Shown here: one piece after another, positions 8,230 through 18,367 of the stretch
Position numbering within the stretch: the stretch's first letter is position 1
How the letters are laid out: each line of letters starts with the position of its first letter
Source: Bryobacteraceae bacterium
Lineage (GTDB): Bacteria > Acidobacteriota > Terriglobia > Bryobacterales > Bryobacteraceae
Direction of reading: 5' to 3'
NCBI GenBank assembly: GCA_031367405.1
Contig: JANLPT010000361.1
Span: forward strand, 973 to 64,972
DNA length: 64,000 bases
Program-made: the position numbers and the translations under genes
Notes under the pieces: model-generated
What the model was told of the DNA's origin: nothing
What the model saw: only the letters and a program-made list of their open reading frames with translations
Databases searched by the model: none

Positions 8230-8411
8230 CTGGTGATGTCAGGCACGAACTGGGCTTAGAAATGGTGGGGGGTGCAGCGACCCCCACCCCTCGCGGAGGA
8301 TCCAGAAATAGTCGTAAATTATTGTAACGTTGAGTCGTTATGGTCCGGCGGGATGAGGATCGGGGTAAGAGGGTCTTTGACACGAATTCCGCGACGGTGG
8401 TGCAGCGGCGG

Positions 8412-9140
8412 TTACTTGTGGCACCAAAGCGGCCAGGCAAGCGGCACGAGTACCGGCCATAGGAACACCACGCTTGCGGCTAGTTGCGCCACGTCCGCTG
8501 AAAAACCTGGTTGCTGGAGGTCTGTCCAAAGTAAGGCCGTTATTGAAGCTCCCGTCAGGCCCAAGGCGTGGCGACCTGAGAGTGACACACCGATTAGCCC
8601 CTTTCGCAAACCGGCAAACGCTGGTGCCGCAATTAGCGCTCCCGTCATCAACACTGCCAGTACCTTCAGGCGCAACGGGCCGCTTGCTACGGCACCACCG
8701 TCAATGAGCAACAAGCCTGCCAACGTCAACACGGGTAATACGCTGATGTAGGCCCGGCCCGCCACCCAGCCCAGGCCAAAGCCAACACTCCAGGACCAGA
8801 TCGCAACAGTAATGCTGGACGCGAGCGACAGGTTCACCATTTGGGCCGGCGTCAACGCATGAATGTCGTGCCAGGGGTACTTGGAAATGATTTGCCCGAC
8901 CGAAAAGACACAACCGATCAACATGCTGAGCGGCGGGAAAAGTGAGATCAACGCGATCCATGGGCGCCACCCGGCCCACGCACGAAACTGCTGCGCGCCG
9001 ACAAACAAAAAGACATCGGCTAGCCCACGGGCGGTGCCGTTCAATCGCCGCTCTTCCAGATCACCCAGCAGGGGGTCCTGGTCGGCAGCGGCGAGCAGCT
9101 TGGACAATATCAGAGTCAGACGCCAAAACAAGTTGTGCAT
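8412..9140 (-). CDS. PadR-associated integral membrane protein
   Basis: 242 aa with several hydrophobic helices. The start overlaps the padR-family stop by 25 nt, the usual acidobacterial PadR plus membrane-partner layout. Confidence 0.75.
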   Translation of the reverse strand: MHNLFWRLTLILSKLLAAADQDPLLGDLEERRLNGTARGLADVFLFVGAQQFRAWAGWRPWIALISLFPPLSMLIGCVFSVGQIISKYPWHDIHALTPAQMVNLSLASSITVAIWSWSVGFGLGWVAGRAYISVLPVLTLAGLLLIDGGAVASGPLRLKVLAVLMTGALIAAPAFAGLRKGLIGVSLSGRHALGLTGASITALLWTDLQQPGFSADVAQLAASVVFLWPVLVPLAWPLWCHK

Positions 9141-9472
9141 TGTTTCGCTCCTTCCCAGCGGATGCCCAACGAGGCTCGGGCGACTGTGGAGTAGAACTCC
9201 GCCGCGGCACGCTGTCCTAAACCAGTGATTTGAACCAGCCGTTTCGCACGCCCACCCCGTTGGTGCGTCGCTTCGCCCATGCGAGTCGCGACGAAGCCCT
9301 TCGCCTCCAGCCGATCCAAAGTCAGGTAGAGTGCGCCGGAGGAACAGGGGCGGGCGGTGGCCGCCTCAACATCCTCCGCGATGGAAGTTCCATAGGCTCC
9401 ATCGCCCAGCCGTTGGCAAGCGGCCAGCACCAGATATTCAAACTCGCCGATCACATTTCGCGTCCTCACCAT
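9116..9472 (-). CDS. PadR-family transcriptional regulator
   Basis: EFEYLVLAACQRLGDGAYGTSIAEDV....SSGALYLTLDRLEAKGFV is the PadR winged-helix signature. Confidence 0.9.
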   Translation of the reverse strand: MVRTRNVIGEFEYLVLAACQRLGDGAYGTSIAEDVEAATARPCSSGALYLTLDRLEAKGFVATRMGEATHQRGGRAKRLVQITGLGQRAAAEFYSTVARASLGIRWEGAKQCTTCFGV

Positions 9473-9659
9473 AATGCCTACATTGTGCTCTAAATCCGAA
9501 TGGCCGTCGATCCGTTGATCACCCTACATGGCCTTAGCCCGCCCGGCCACTTGGATCCCGACCCATCGGAGCCGTTTGTTGCCTGCGGCGCGAGACGCGA
9601 TCACCGCGTTTCCGGGAAATGACGGGGTCGCGTCACGACACGGCCACTCCTATCACGAG

Positions 9660-11459
9660 TTAACTCAGCTTCTTCGCCACCGTATCCCGCAGCAGGACTG
9701 CCAGCAGGCCATCCGTCGCCGAGGCGGACTTTTCGCCTCCCGATACCAGGACGTCTGGCGTCAAGCGGATGCCTTTTTCGGCTAAGACGGTGAAGATTTG
9801 CAGCATGGAATAGTTTTCTCCCATCGCCTCGACGCCAAGCTTGTAGGCGTCGGCGCGGGCCTGGCCGATGGCCCGGATGGCTTCGGCTTCGTTGCGGCCG
9901 CGGATGGCTACCACTTCGGCTTCTGCCTCGCCGATGCGCTTTTTGGCTAAGGCTTCGCCTTCGGCACGGCGCGATGTGACCAGCGAATCGCCTTGTGCGC
10001 CTTCGACGGCCGCTTTGGCACGCATCTCCGAAACGCGAACGTCCTGCTCGGAATTGACGAGTTCCTTCTGCTTGTCAGCGAGGGCTTTTTGCCGCTCAAG
10101 TTCCTGGCGCGTGCGCTGCGCTTGCTCCTCAATCTGGAACGTCTTGCGTTGCTCCTCGGCCATCTTGCGCGCGGTGAGGGTGTGCATCAGTTCGGGCGGC
10201 GGCGTGATGTCGCCGATCAGGGTGTCGACGCTTTGGACGTCGTATTCCTTGATGGCGTCGGTGATGTGCTGGCGCGCTTCCTGTTGACGCCCGGCGCGGT
10301 TCGAGAGGAAGTCGAGCACGCTGTAATTCTGCGCGCTATTGCGGAAGTAGTTGCCGACGATCGGCTCCAGCACCTGGTTCACCAGATTGCGTACGCTGCC
10401 GACTCGCGAGATCACCCAAGGCGCTTTGGTCGCGCCGATGTTGATGATCTGCGAGACGTCCAAAGTGAAGTTGAAGCCGTCTTGCGAGCGAACGGTGATC
10501 GTCGAGAGCTTTTCATCGAGCTTATGCGCTTCTGATCGCGCGTTCGCCCAGTTGAGGACGATGTTGGTGGTCGGTACAGCTTCCACCTTCATGATGCGCG
10601 AGTTCAGCGGATGCTTGCCGGGGTAAAGCGGCTCGTCCCACACGCCTTTGCCGCCTTTGCGGACGATGTTGCCGTGCGTGAATTGCTCGCCAGAAATGTC
10701 TTTCATGTCGTCGCCGACAAAGCTGACGACGACGCCCACGTAGCCGATGGGCACTTCGTAAAGGTCGGATTGCTCGATTTCGGCGAACCAGGGGTTGATG
10801 TTGTAGTTGCCGGCCAGAATGATTTGCTCCTGCAGGCCGCGGCAGCCGCCCGCGCGGATAAAGGCGGCGGGATTTTGGAAGTCCTCGTGACCCTCGGCGC
10901 GCTTGGAGGCCATTTGACCCTCGGGCATGGGCGCGCCATCCATCACCGTGACGATGCCGACTTTGTCGGAGCCGATTTTGGTCATGGCGATGTTGGGGAC
11001 GACGCGGAACAGCACCGGGTTGATGCGATAGAAACCGGCGGTGAGGATGGCGGATTGACGCCCCTTTTGGCCACCGGAGCGCAAGAACTTTTCGGCGGAT
11101 TGGTAGTCGTCGCAAGCGACCGGCTGGCACAGCACCCGGTCAACCGGCATGGGCGCGCCGTCGTTGGCGATCACCAGGCCAATGCAGCCGGGCTCGATGA
11201 TCGTCATCGGAAACTTCTCCACTTTGTACTGCCAAGGCCAGTAGAACGGGTGTACGCCGGGGGCGAGCGTACCGGCTTGATAACCGGCTTCGCCTTCGAG
11301 CGAAACGACGCGGCCATCGGGTAGTTTACGGCCACCGAAAGTGAACCGCTTCACAATCACGCCGACTTGATCCTCGCGGATGATCACCAAGCCGCCGAGG
11401 CGTACGGCGAGGACGAACAGCACGATGACGGCGGCTAAACCAATCAGGAACGGGTACAT
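9660..11459 (-). CDS. SPFH/Band-7 (flotillin-like) membrane protein with a triplicated N-terminal module
   Basis: N-terminal TM helix, three repeats of about 65 aa, an SPFH core (ITVRSQDGFNFTLDVSQIINI...) and a Glu/Ala-rich flotillin-type C-terminus (EAEAEVVAIRGRNEAEAIRAIGQARADAYK). Confidence 0.85.
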   Translation of the reverse strand: MYPFLIGLAAVIVLFVLAVRLGGLVIIREDQVGVIVKRFTFGGRKLPDGRVVSLEGEAGYQAGTLAPGVHPFYWPWQYKVEKFPMTIIEPGCIGLVIANDGAPMPVDRVLCQPVACDDYQSAEKFLRSGGQKGRQSAILTAGFYRINPVLFRVVPNIAMTKIGSDKVGIVTVMDGAPMPEGQMASKRAEGHEDFQNPAAFIRAGGCRGLQEQIILAGNYNINPWFAEIEQSDLYEVPIGYVGVVVSFVGDDMKDISGEQFTHGNIVRKGGKGVWDEPLYPGKHPLNSRIMKVEAVPTTNIVLNWANARSEAHKLDEKLSTITVRSQDGFNFTLDVSQIINIGATKAPWVISRVGSVRNLVNQVLEPIVGNYFRNSAQNYSVLDFLSNRAGRQQEARQHITDAIKEYDVQSVDTLIGDITPPPELMHTLTARKMAEEQRKTFQIEEQAQRTRQELERQKALADKQKELVNSEQDVRVSEMRAKAAVEGAQGDSLVTSRRAEGEALAKKRIGEAEAEVVAIRGRNEAEAIRAIGQARADAYKLGVEAMGENYSMLQIFTVLAEKGIRLTPDVLVSGGEKSASATDGLLAVLLRDTVAKKLS

Positions 11460-11717
11460 GGAAACAACCTTTCCCGGTACGAACTCGACGACAACGAGTG
11501 CGCGAAACGTGAACCGGAGAGAATAATCGGACCGGACTCTTCGCGCGGGAAGGAATTCATCCTAACAGCGAACGATGTGAAGAGTCAGGCGCACCACACA
11601 AGAATACGGCAATTCTGGAGACAAGTTCGGAAAACCGGCGGGAAATCGCGTTCACCCTACAGAAAATGAGCTCGATCGCCGATCCCTCTAGGTAAATCAC
11701 CTGAGGAGGATGGCAGG

Positions 11718-14150
11718 ATGAGCCGAATTCCAGCGACCATTCAAGATGAGCTTACTTTAGGCTCCGGGCAAGCCGCCGGACCTTACCGTCTTACCCGCCG
11801 GATCGCCCGCGGCGGCATGGGCGATGTCTGGCTCGCCCAGCGTGCCGACGGCCTGTTTCGCCGTCCGGTGGCGATCAAACTCATGCACGGCCACCTACTG
11901 GAGCCTGGCCTCGAGCGGCGCTTTCAGGCTGAACGCGAGATCCTTGCCGCGCTTGACCACCCCAACATCGCCCGCCTGGTGGATGGCGGCGTCACCGCTT
12001 CCGGCGTCCCCTTCGTCGTGATGGAGTACATCGACGGCCATCCGATCGACGATTACTGCCGCGTCCGGCAACCCACGCTGGATGAGCGCCTGCGCCTCTT
12101 TCGCCAAGTCTGCAACGCTGTCCACTACGCGCACCGCAACCTGATCGTTCATCGCGACGTGAAGCCGGGCAATATCCTGGTGACGCGCGAAGGCGAAGTG
12201 AAGCTGCTCGATTTCGGCATCGCTAAGCTGCTGCGCCCCGAGCTTGGGGCGTTTACCCAAGCCGTCACGCGCCCTTTCGACCGCCTGATGACGCCCGAAT
12301 ACGCGAGCCCTGAGCAACTGCGGGGCGAGCCCATCACTACCGCCACCGACGTCTATTCGCTGGGACTGCTGCTCACGGTGCTGCTGGCCGGCCGTCTGCC
12401 CTACGCCGTGGAAGGCCTCGATACCAACGAGATCCGCCGCATCGTCTGCGAGCAGGAACCCCAGCCCTTAGCCCAGTTAACCGGCCTGCCCACTGCCGAG
12501 CCAACGGCCGTGCCCGCCGATATCGCCGCCATTGCCGCCAAGGCCCTTCGCAAAGAGCCCGGCGCACGTTACGCCTCCGCTGACCAGCTTGGCGGCGATG
12601 TGGGCCGCTACCTGGATGGCTTCGCGGTCACCGCGCACGAGGGGCGCTTCGTCTATGTGGCCCAGAAGTTCATGCGCCGCCACAAGCTGGCTGTCGCCTT
12701 CGCCGTGATTCTGCTGGCCGTCCTGGTGGCCTCCGGAGTCATGCTCACCAATCTCAATCGCCAATACAAGCACGAGCGCGATACGGCCCAGGCGGTGCAG
12801 AAATTCCTGGTCGACCTCTTCGACGCTTCTGACCCCAATGGCACCAAGGGCGCGGACCTGCCAGCGCGCGTCCTGGTGGATCGCGGTGCCGCCCAACTGC
12901 GGCAACAGTTCGCCGGGGAGCCGGCCGTCGAGGCCGCGCTTTCTGAAAAGCTCGGCGACGTCTACCGTCAACTCGGCCTTTTTCAGAAGGCCTTGCCCCT
13001 CTTCGAGCGAAGCTTGCAGTTGGAAGAGCAGGTCACCGGTGCTGACTCGCTCAGGGTCGCCCGCATTGCCATCCGCCTCGCCGACTTACTCCGCGAGTTG
13101 CCGCAAAACGATCGCGCCGAGCAGCTGGTGGCGCGCTCTTTGAAGATTCGCCGCGCCAAACTGTCGCCTGACGATGAGATGATCGCCGATTCGCTCAATA
13201 TTCTCGGCATCCTGCAGCAGATCCGTGGCCGCCTTCCGGAGAGTCGCGCCACGTTTCAGGAGGCGGTGCGCATCCGCCGCACCGCGCTTCCACCGGGTCA
13301 TTACCTGACGGCGCTTTCCTTGGGCAACCTGGGCAATGTCGAGCGCGGACTCGGCAATCTGGACGCCGCCGAAGGCCTCTTCACTGAGGCTCTCGCCATC
13401 CGGCGTAAACAGTGGGGCCCCCACCATCCACGCGTTGGTTCAAGCCTGAGCCAGTTGGCGGGGGTTGCCCTGGCTCGCGGCGAAGTGACCCGAGCGCTCG
13501 CGCTCTCCAATGAATCCGTCGCCCTCGCTCGTGCGGCTTACCCAGGCGGCCATCCTGAACTGGCGCGGTCCCTCAACACCAATGCCGCCGCCTTTTGCGA
13601 AGCCGGCCTGCTGCGGGAAGCCGAAGCCCTGAGCCGCGAATCGGTCGCCCTGGAGCAGCGCTTTCACGGGTCCAACGGCACCGAACTCAGCTTCGCCCAA
13701 GGTCAATTGGCCGCCGTACTGCTAGCGCAAGGCCGCCTGGCCGAAGCTGCGCCGGTGATCGACAACGTCCTGCGCATTCGCCGCGCTCGCTTAGGAGAAA
13801 AGCATGCCTTGACGAGTCGCGCGATTGAGCAACTCGCCGAACTTCGCGAGCGCTCCGGACAGCTGGTAGAAGCGGCGGAGCTTTATGGCCAGGCCATCGC
13901 CATTCGCCGTCAAAATCTGGGTGAGCAGCATCCCGATGTGCTGCTGGGCTTGTTCGCTAGCGGCGATCGCGCCCACGCCATTGAGGGGTTGAAGCAACGC
14001 CTTCCCGCCGCGCACAACCTCCAAGCCAAGCTGTGGCTCGAATGGGCCCGCCGCGAGCCCGTCCGCCGTGAGGAGTTGCAAGCCAAAGCGCGCGCCGCAC
14101 TCGCTTTGGCGGCTCCCCCTGATCCGGTCTGGTTAGCCCGCCTGCGATAG
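11718..14150 (+). CDS. Ser/Thr protein kinase with TM segment and C-terminal TPR repeats
   Basis: Hanks motifs GGMGDVWLA, VAIK, HRDVKPGNIL, DFG and SPEQ. A TM segment (AVAFAVILLAVLVASGVML) is followed by TPR-like repeats. GAGGAGG RBS upstream. Confidence 0.92.
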   Translation: MSRIPATIQDELTLGSGQAAGPYRLTRRIARGGMGDVWLAQRADGLFRRPVAIKLMHGHLLEPGLERRFQAEREILAALDHPNIARLVDGGVTASGVPFVVMEYIDGHPIDDYCRVRQPTLDERLRLFRQVCNAVHYAHRNLIVHRDVKPGNILVTREGEVKLLDFGIAKLLRPELGAFTQAVTRPFDRLMTPEYASPEQLRGEPITTATDVYSLGLLLTVLLAGRLPYAVEGLDTNEIRRIVCEQEPQPLAQLTGLPTAEPTAVPADIAAIAAKALRKEPGARYASADQLGGDVGRYLDGFAVTAHEGRFVYVAQKFMRRHKLAVAFAVILLAVLVASGVMLTNLNRQYKHERDTAQAVQKFLVDLFDASDPNGTKGADLPARVLVDRGAAQLRQQFAGEPAVEAALSEKLGDVYRQLGLFQKALPLFERSLQLEEQVTGADSLRVARIAIRLADLLRELPQNDRAEQLVARSLKIRRAKLSPDDEMIADSLNILGILQQIRGRLPESRATFQEAVRIRRTALPPGHYLTALSLGNLGNVERGLGNLDAAEGLFTEALAIRRKQWGPHHPRVGSSLSQLAGVALARGEVTRALALSNESVALARAAYPGGHPELARSLNTNAAAFCEAGLLREAEALSRESVALEQRFHGSNGTELSFAQGQLAAVLLAQGRLAEAAPVIDNVLRIRRARLGEKHALTSRAIEQLAELRERSGQLVEAAELYGQAIAIRRQNLGEQHPDVLLGLFASGDRAHAIEGLKQRLPAAHNLQAKLWLEWARREPVRREELQAKARAALALAAPPDPVWLARLR

Positions 14151-14161
14151 GCGGGCCGCCC

Positions 14162-17100
14162 TTATTGCTTTACGGCAATGGTGAGGAACGGCTGCGCGTT
14201 GGTGTCACGGTATCGCAAACCGAAGGGGGTCGCGTTGCCCGGAGGCACGCTGCCCGGGATTTCGACGTTGATCTGCCAGACGCTGATCAAACCCGGCGTC
14301 AAGCCCGAGTATTTGATATTCGCGGCCGGTACCTGAGCCGCACCGATGATCACCACGAGGGTACCCGAGGTGAGTGCGCCGCCGCCGGCCGGAACGCCAT
14401 CGTCCGGAGCTCCAGCCACGTTACCGAGGCCGGTGGCGTAGATGGTGATCACTGAACCGCGAGCGGCGGCATTGGAGGGCGAGTTCACGCTACCGTCCTG
14501 GTTGGTTGCTGCCACTTGGCCCCGTCCGCCGGCACCGGCGAAGACCGCCGGCGCGACGATGTCCATTTCAGCGATGCCCGCCGCCAGCACTTGTCCGGTG
14601 CTGGGCCGTTCCACCACCACCTCGACGGTGCCGGAAGTGGGCGTATCCTTGGGCACCACAAAGTTGATCTGGCTGGGCGAAACGAACTGGATGGGGGCGG
14701 CGCGTTCGCCGACGATCACGCGGGTGTCGCCCACCACGGTCGGCATCGGTACCGGATTCGGCTCTTCAGTGAATAGCTTGGTGACGTTGCCAAAGACTTT
14801 GTCCGCCCCATAAATGGCCGAGTAAGTGGAGGGCGCAACCTGGGTGCGATGCGCCGCCGCCGAGTTCAAGACGCGGATGCCCGGATAGTAGAATGCGATG
14901 CGGTTGACGGCATCGGCGGTGATCAGATTGCCGAAGCGGTCCAGGGCCATCGCCAAGGGGAAAGGTGACCCAATCTGCTGTTCCGGAGTGATGGCACCGA
15001 CCGGGAGCTGGCTGAAAGGCGCCAGCCGGAAAATGCGCTGATTGCTCGTATCCGCCACCCAGATATCGCCCGTTTCCGGATTGATGTAGACGGCCTGAGG
15101 CGCACCGAGGCCGCTAAAATCCTGCCGGGCCGTTGGGTTCGAAGCGGCCAAACCCGCCTCGCTAAAGATCAGCACGCGGTTGCCGAGTACTTCGGCCACA
15201 TAAAGACGGTCATCACTGTCGGTGGCGATGCCCTTGGGCGCGCCGAAGCGGTTCAGGGTGACTCCGCGGACACTATCGGTAAAATTGGCTTGGCCAAAAA
15301 CTCCGTCGGCGGCTTGGCCGTTTTGAAAGTCGCCGCCCGCCGGTTTGCGGAAGCGCAGCACCCGGTTGTGCAAATAGTCCGATACCAACACGCTACCGTC
15401 ATTGAGAAACGCAATTCCGGCCGGTGCCCGCATGGTGCGCGAAGTGGGATCGGTGGAGCGGGCGGTGAATGAGCTTTGGCCGAGAACCAGATTCGGCTGT
15501 TTCAAACCGGGTCCGGTCTGGTCGAACGGCCGCGGGAAACGCAGCACGCGGCTATTGCCGGTATCGGCGACCCAAAGGTTGCCGTCCCGATCAACGGCCA
15601 CGCAGGTGGGGCCATTCAAGCCGCGGTCGCTGGTCGTCCCCAATTCGCCGCCCGGCGCGTTAGGAACGGTGCTGGTGATGTCGGTTTGCCCGATAACCAG
15701 GACGGCGGAATCGAGCGGTTTCACCCGGCGCACGTCCGGGAAAGCCAGCACGCGATGGTTTTGCGAATCGGCCACATAGAGCCGGTCGCCATCAAGGGCC
15801 ATGCAGGTTCCCGCCAATTGGGTACCCACCGCTTGCCGATCGCCCGTAAAGCCATCCAGGAAGTAAAACTCTTTGCCTTCCACCAAATTGGGTCCGCTCT
15901 GCGTGAAGCCCGTTTGGCCGACTACGCGAGAAGCCGCGTTGAAGGCGAAGTCCCGCCCGGCCATGGCCAAGATCCGGTTGTTACCCGCATCGACCACGAA
16001 CATTTCCGAGCCACCCACCCACAAAGCGATGGGATAGGCAAAGCCATTGTTGCCGACGGGCAGGCCGTTGCGATTTGCTTTGCCGACGTTGAAACTGTCC
16101 TGGCCGATCACCGCCCGTGCGGGGGGTGAAATTCTTGTAGTCTCGGCGGGCCAATTGTCGTAAGCATCAAAAACCAGGATGCGATTGCTGCTGACATCAG
16201 GCACGTAAAGATTGGTACCGAAGAGGAATATGCCGGGCCTGACACCGTCGACGGCACCCTGCTGAAACGCTCCTGCGCCATACTCATTGATCAGCGGCAG
16301 TTGTTGCCCGGCACCGGGCGCGGTTCCGATCCCGACGATGCGGTTGGCTGATTTGCCATTGAAAAACGGCGACGCCACTTCCCAAACCAAAACCCGCGAA
16401 AAGCCCGGGGCCCAATCCCGGACGAAGAGACGGCCCCGGCTATCGAACCCGATTCCGGTGGGAACGTAAAGATAGTCTTTCCGCAAAGCGATGTCTTGAA
16501 CGAAGGGAAGAGTAATGCGGCCCAGCGAAGTCGTAAATTCGGTGGCCCCGAGCACCAAGTCAGCGGCGGGGGCGAAACCGCCCCGGGCCAGCGCGGCCGG
16601 CGGATAACGTAACACGCGGTGGTTCAACGGATCGGTGACCCAAAGATTGCGTTGCGGGTCGAACGCCATGCCCGCGCGCTGGACGGTGCCGCCCGGCTGG
16701 GACAAGAACAAACTCGTTTCCGACATTCCCCGGTCGCCCAAGCCCTGATTGAAAAGATTCTCGTTGATGCTGCGCTGCCCGATCACCAAATCTACCTGCA
16801 GAAGTTCGGAATTTTGCTCGAAGGGCTTCGGGAAACGGAGGATGCGATTGTTGCCAGCATCCGCCACATAGAGGTTGCCCACGGCATCGGTGATTACGCC
16901 GTTCGGAGAGTTCAGGCCGCTGGCGAGACGCTGGCCATTTTGATCGGGCCCCTGGGGCGAGGTGGATTGGAGGTCCCGCTGGCCGATGACCAAATCGGCG
17001 GGGGCCCCGGAGTTGGCCGTGGCTGAATTCTTCCACGCCAGCACCCGGTTGTTGCGCGTGTCGGCAACGTACAGAATCGAAGTGGCGCTCGCGACGTCGA

Positions 17101-17287
17101 TCCACACGCCTTGCGGCGCATACAGTTCGCGTCCTTCCACCAGATTCACGCCGCCCGTCAGCACATTCGCTTTTGCCTGCCCCAGCACCCGGGTCGGGTT
17201 TCCATTCATCACCACCGTGGGCTGCGCCACGGCGGCCAAAGTGGCGACGATAAACGTCAAAGATCGCATCAGTAATTGGGATTTCAT
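14162..17287 (-). CDS. Secreted NHL-repeat protein with Solibacter-type C-terminal domain
   Basis: Signal peptide, then many (G)NLYVAD..N.RVLRF-type NHL repeats. The C-terminus ...VITIYATGLG...YSGLTPGLISVWQINVEIP... resembles the family I recall as TIGR03437. Confidence 0.9.
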   Translation of the reverse strand: MKSQLLMRSLTFIVATLAAVAQPTVVMNGNPTRVLGQAKANVLTGGVNLVEGRELYAPQGVWIDVASATSILYVADTRNNRVLAWKNSATANSGAPADLVIGQRDLQSTSPQGPDQNGQRLASGLNSPNGVITDAVGNLYVADAGNNRILRFPKPFEQNSELLQVDLVIGQRSINENLFNQGLGDRGMSETSLFLSQPGGTVQRAGMAFDPQRNLWVTDPLNHRVLRYPPAALARGGFAPAADLVLGATEFTTSLGRITLPFVQDIALRKDYLYVPTGIGFDSRGRLFVRDWAPGFSRVLVWEVASPFFNGKSANRIVGIGTAPGAGQQLPLINEYGAGAFQQGAVDGVRPGIFLFGTNLYVPDVSSNRILVFDAYDNWPAETTRISPPARAVIGQDSFNVGKANRNGLPVGNNGFAYPIALWVGGSEMFVVDAGNNRILAMAGRDFAFNAASRVVGQTGFTQSGPNLVEGKEFYFLDGFTGDRQAVGTQLAGTCMALDGDRLYVADSQNHRVLAFPDVRRVKPLDSAVLVIGQTDITSTVPNAPGGELGTTSDRGLNGPTCVAVDRDGNLWVADTGNSRVLRFPRPFDQTGPGLKQPNLVLGQSSFTARSTDPTSRTMRAPAGIAFLNDGSVLVSDYLHNRVLRFRKPAGGDFQNGQAADGVFGQANFTDSVRGVTLNRFGAPKGIATDSDDRLYVAEVLGNRVLIFSEAGLAASNPTARQDFSGLGAPQAVYINPETGDIWVADTSNQRIFRLAPFSQLPVGAITPEQQIGSPFPLAMALDRFGNLITADAVNRIAFYYPGIRVLNSAAAHRTQVAPSTYSAIYGADKVFGNVTKLFTEEPNPVPMPTVVGDTRVIVGERAAPIQFVSPSQINFVVPKDTPTSGTVEVVVERPSTGQVLAAGIAEMDIVAPAVFAGAGGRGQVAATNQDGSVNSPSNAAARGSVITIYATGLGNVAGAPDDGVPAGGGALTSGTLVVIIGAAQVPAANIKYSGLTPGLISVWQINVEIPGSVPPGNATPFGLRYRDTNAQPFLTIAVKQ

Positions 17288-17440
17288 GGTTTTTTTACTC
17301 CGAACGGCGGAACGCGGCCTACGGGCCTTCGCCGGGTCAACAGGGGATGTCGCCGGGATACTCCTTTAAGATATTACAATTCCCTCGCGAAACTGGAGAG
17401 ATTTCGGCCGGCAAGTGTAAACCTTGCGCCTAAAGCTGCT

Positions 17441-18265
17441 TCACGCGTCGTCGACCGTCGTGATCTCGGGGAGCGCATAAGCGAATCGCCCCTCAAAGGT
17501 GTCGTGAAAAATATTGAGCGTGCCGGGGTGAATTTTCCCGTTCGACGCCAGAAGGTGAATGGAGTCCAAACGATGAGGACGGCCTCTCATGTCCGTCACT
17601 GTGCCGCCCGCCTCTTCAATTAACAGCTTACCAGCTGCCATGTCCCACGGGCTCAAACGAAATTCCCAAAACCCATCCAGCCGGCCGCAAGCCACGTGCG
17701 CCAAGTCGATGGCGGCTGAGCCGCTGCGCCGGATGCCGTGCGTCACCATCGCCAGTTGATAGAAAAAGTGAATATTGACATCGAGGTGGCGGCGGCGCGT
17801 CGGGAACCCCGTCGAAAACAAAGCCACTTCAATGTTCGGTGCGGGGGAAACCTGGATGCGCCGGTTGTTCAAATAGGCCCCGCTGCCGCGCTCTGCCGCG
17901 AACATTTCGTCACGCGTCGGGTCATAAACCACGCCGGCAATCAGCTCGCCTTTGTGCTCCAGCGCCAGCGTCACATTGTAGACCGGGTAGCCATGCGCGA
18001 AGTTCGTCGTGCCATCTACCGGATCCACATACCAGCGGTATTCGCTACTCTTGTCATGCAATCCGCTTTCTTCGGCCACGATGGTGTGCGACGGAAAGTG
18101 CGACCGCAATCGCTCCAGAATCAGCTCTTCGCTCGCCCGGTCGGCTTCGGTCACCAGATCCTGCTCGCCCTTGATCTCAAACTGCACGCCGCGGTTGAAG
18201 TACTTGGTGGTGAGCGCGCCTGCCTCGCGGGCGATCCCCGCCGCTATTTCGAGATAAGAGGTCAT
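17441..18265 (-). CDS. suhB: Inositol monophosphatase family protein
   Basis: DLVTEADRASEE, EESG and WYVDPVDGTTNFAHG motifs; 274 aa. Confidence 0.9.
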   Translation of the reverse strand: MTSYLEIAAGIAREAGALTTKYFNRGVQFEIKGEQDLVTEADRASEELILERLRSHFPSHTIVAEESGLHDKSSEYRWYVDPVDGTTNFAHGYPVYNVTLALEHKGELIAGVVYDPTRDEMFAAERGSGAYLNNRRIQVSPAPNIEVALFSTGFPTRRRHLDVNIHFFYQLAMVTHGIRRSGSAAIDLAHVACGRLDGFWEFRLSPWDMAAGKLLIEEAGGTVTDMRGRPHRLDSIHLLASNGKIHPGTLNIFHDTFEGRFAYALPEITTVDDA

Positions 18266-18294
18266 GGATGGTTGGCACCGTGGTCTGCAACAAC

Positions 18295-18350
18295 ATCCCC
18301 TCCCTGACGGCCGGGGTTCGTTTGAGGCACCCGGCCGTGAGGGAGGGGAT
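18295..18350. repeat. REP-like palindromic element, copy 2 (21-bp stem with 1 mismatch, 14-nt loop)
   Basis: ATCCCCTCCCTGACGGCCGGG-GTTCGTTTGAGGCA-CCCGGCCGTGAGGGAGGGGAT lies between the hfq-like stop and the suhB start. Confidence 0.9.
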
Positions 18351-18367
18351 GCCGGCTTACCGCACTG

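Noticed and set aside
8200-8275. Frame reading ..FDPDLSGDVRHELGLEMV.. as the missing C-terminus of the truncated PIN toxin (compare ..LTGD.HFEQAGF..)
   Set aside because: Only about 5 matching residues exist, with no extended similarity upstream. This cannot be supported without an alignment search.
10522-11324. ORFs 10522-11130 (-) and 10611-11324 (+) within the SPFH gene
   Set aside because: They are out-of-frame or antisense with extreme Arg/His/Gly bias. The SPFH frame is well supported.
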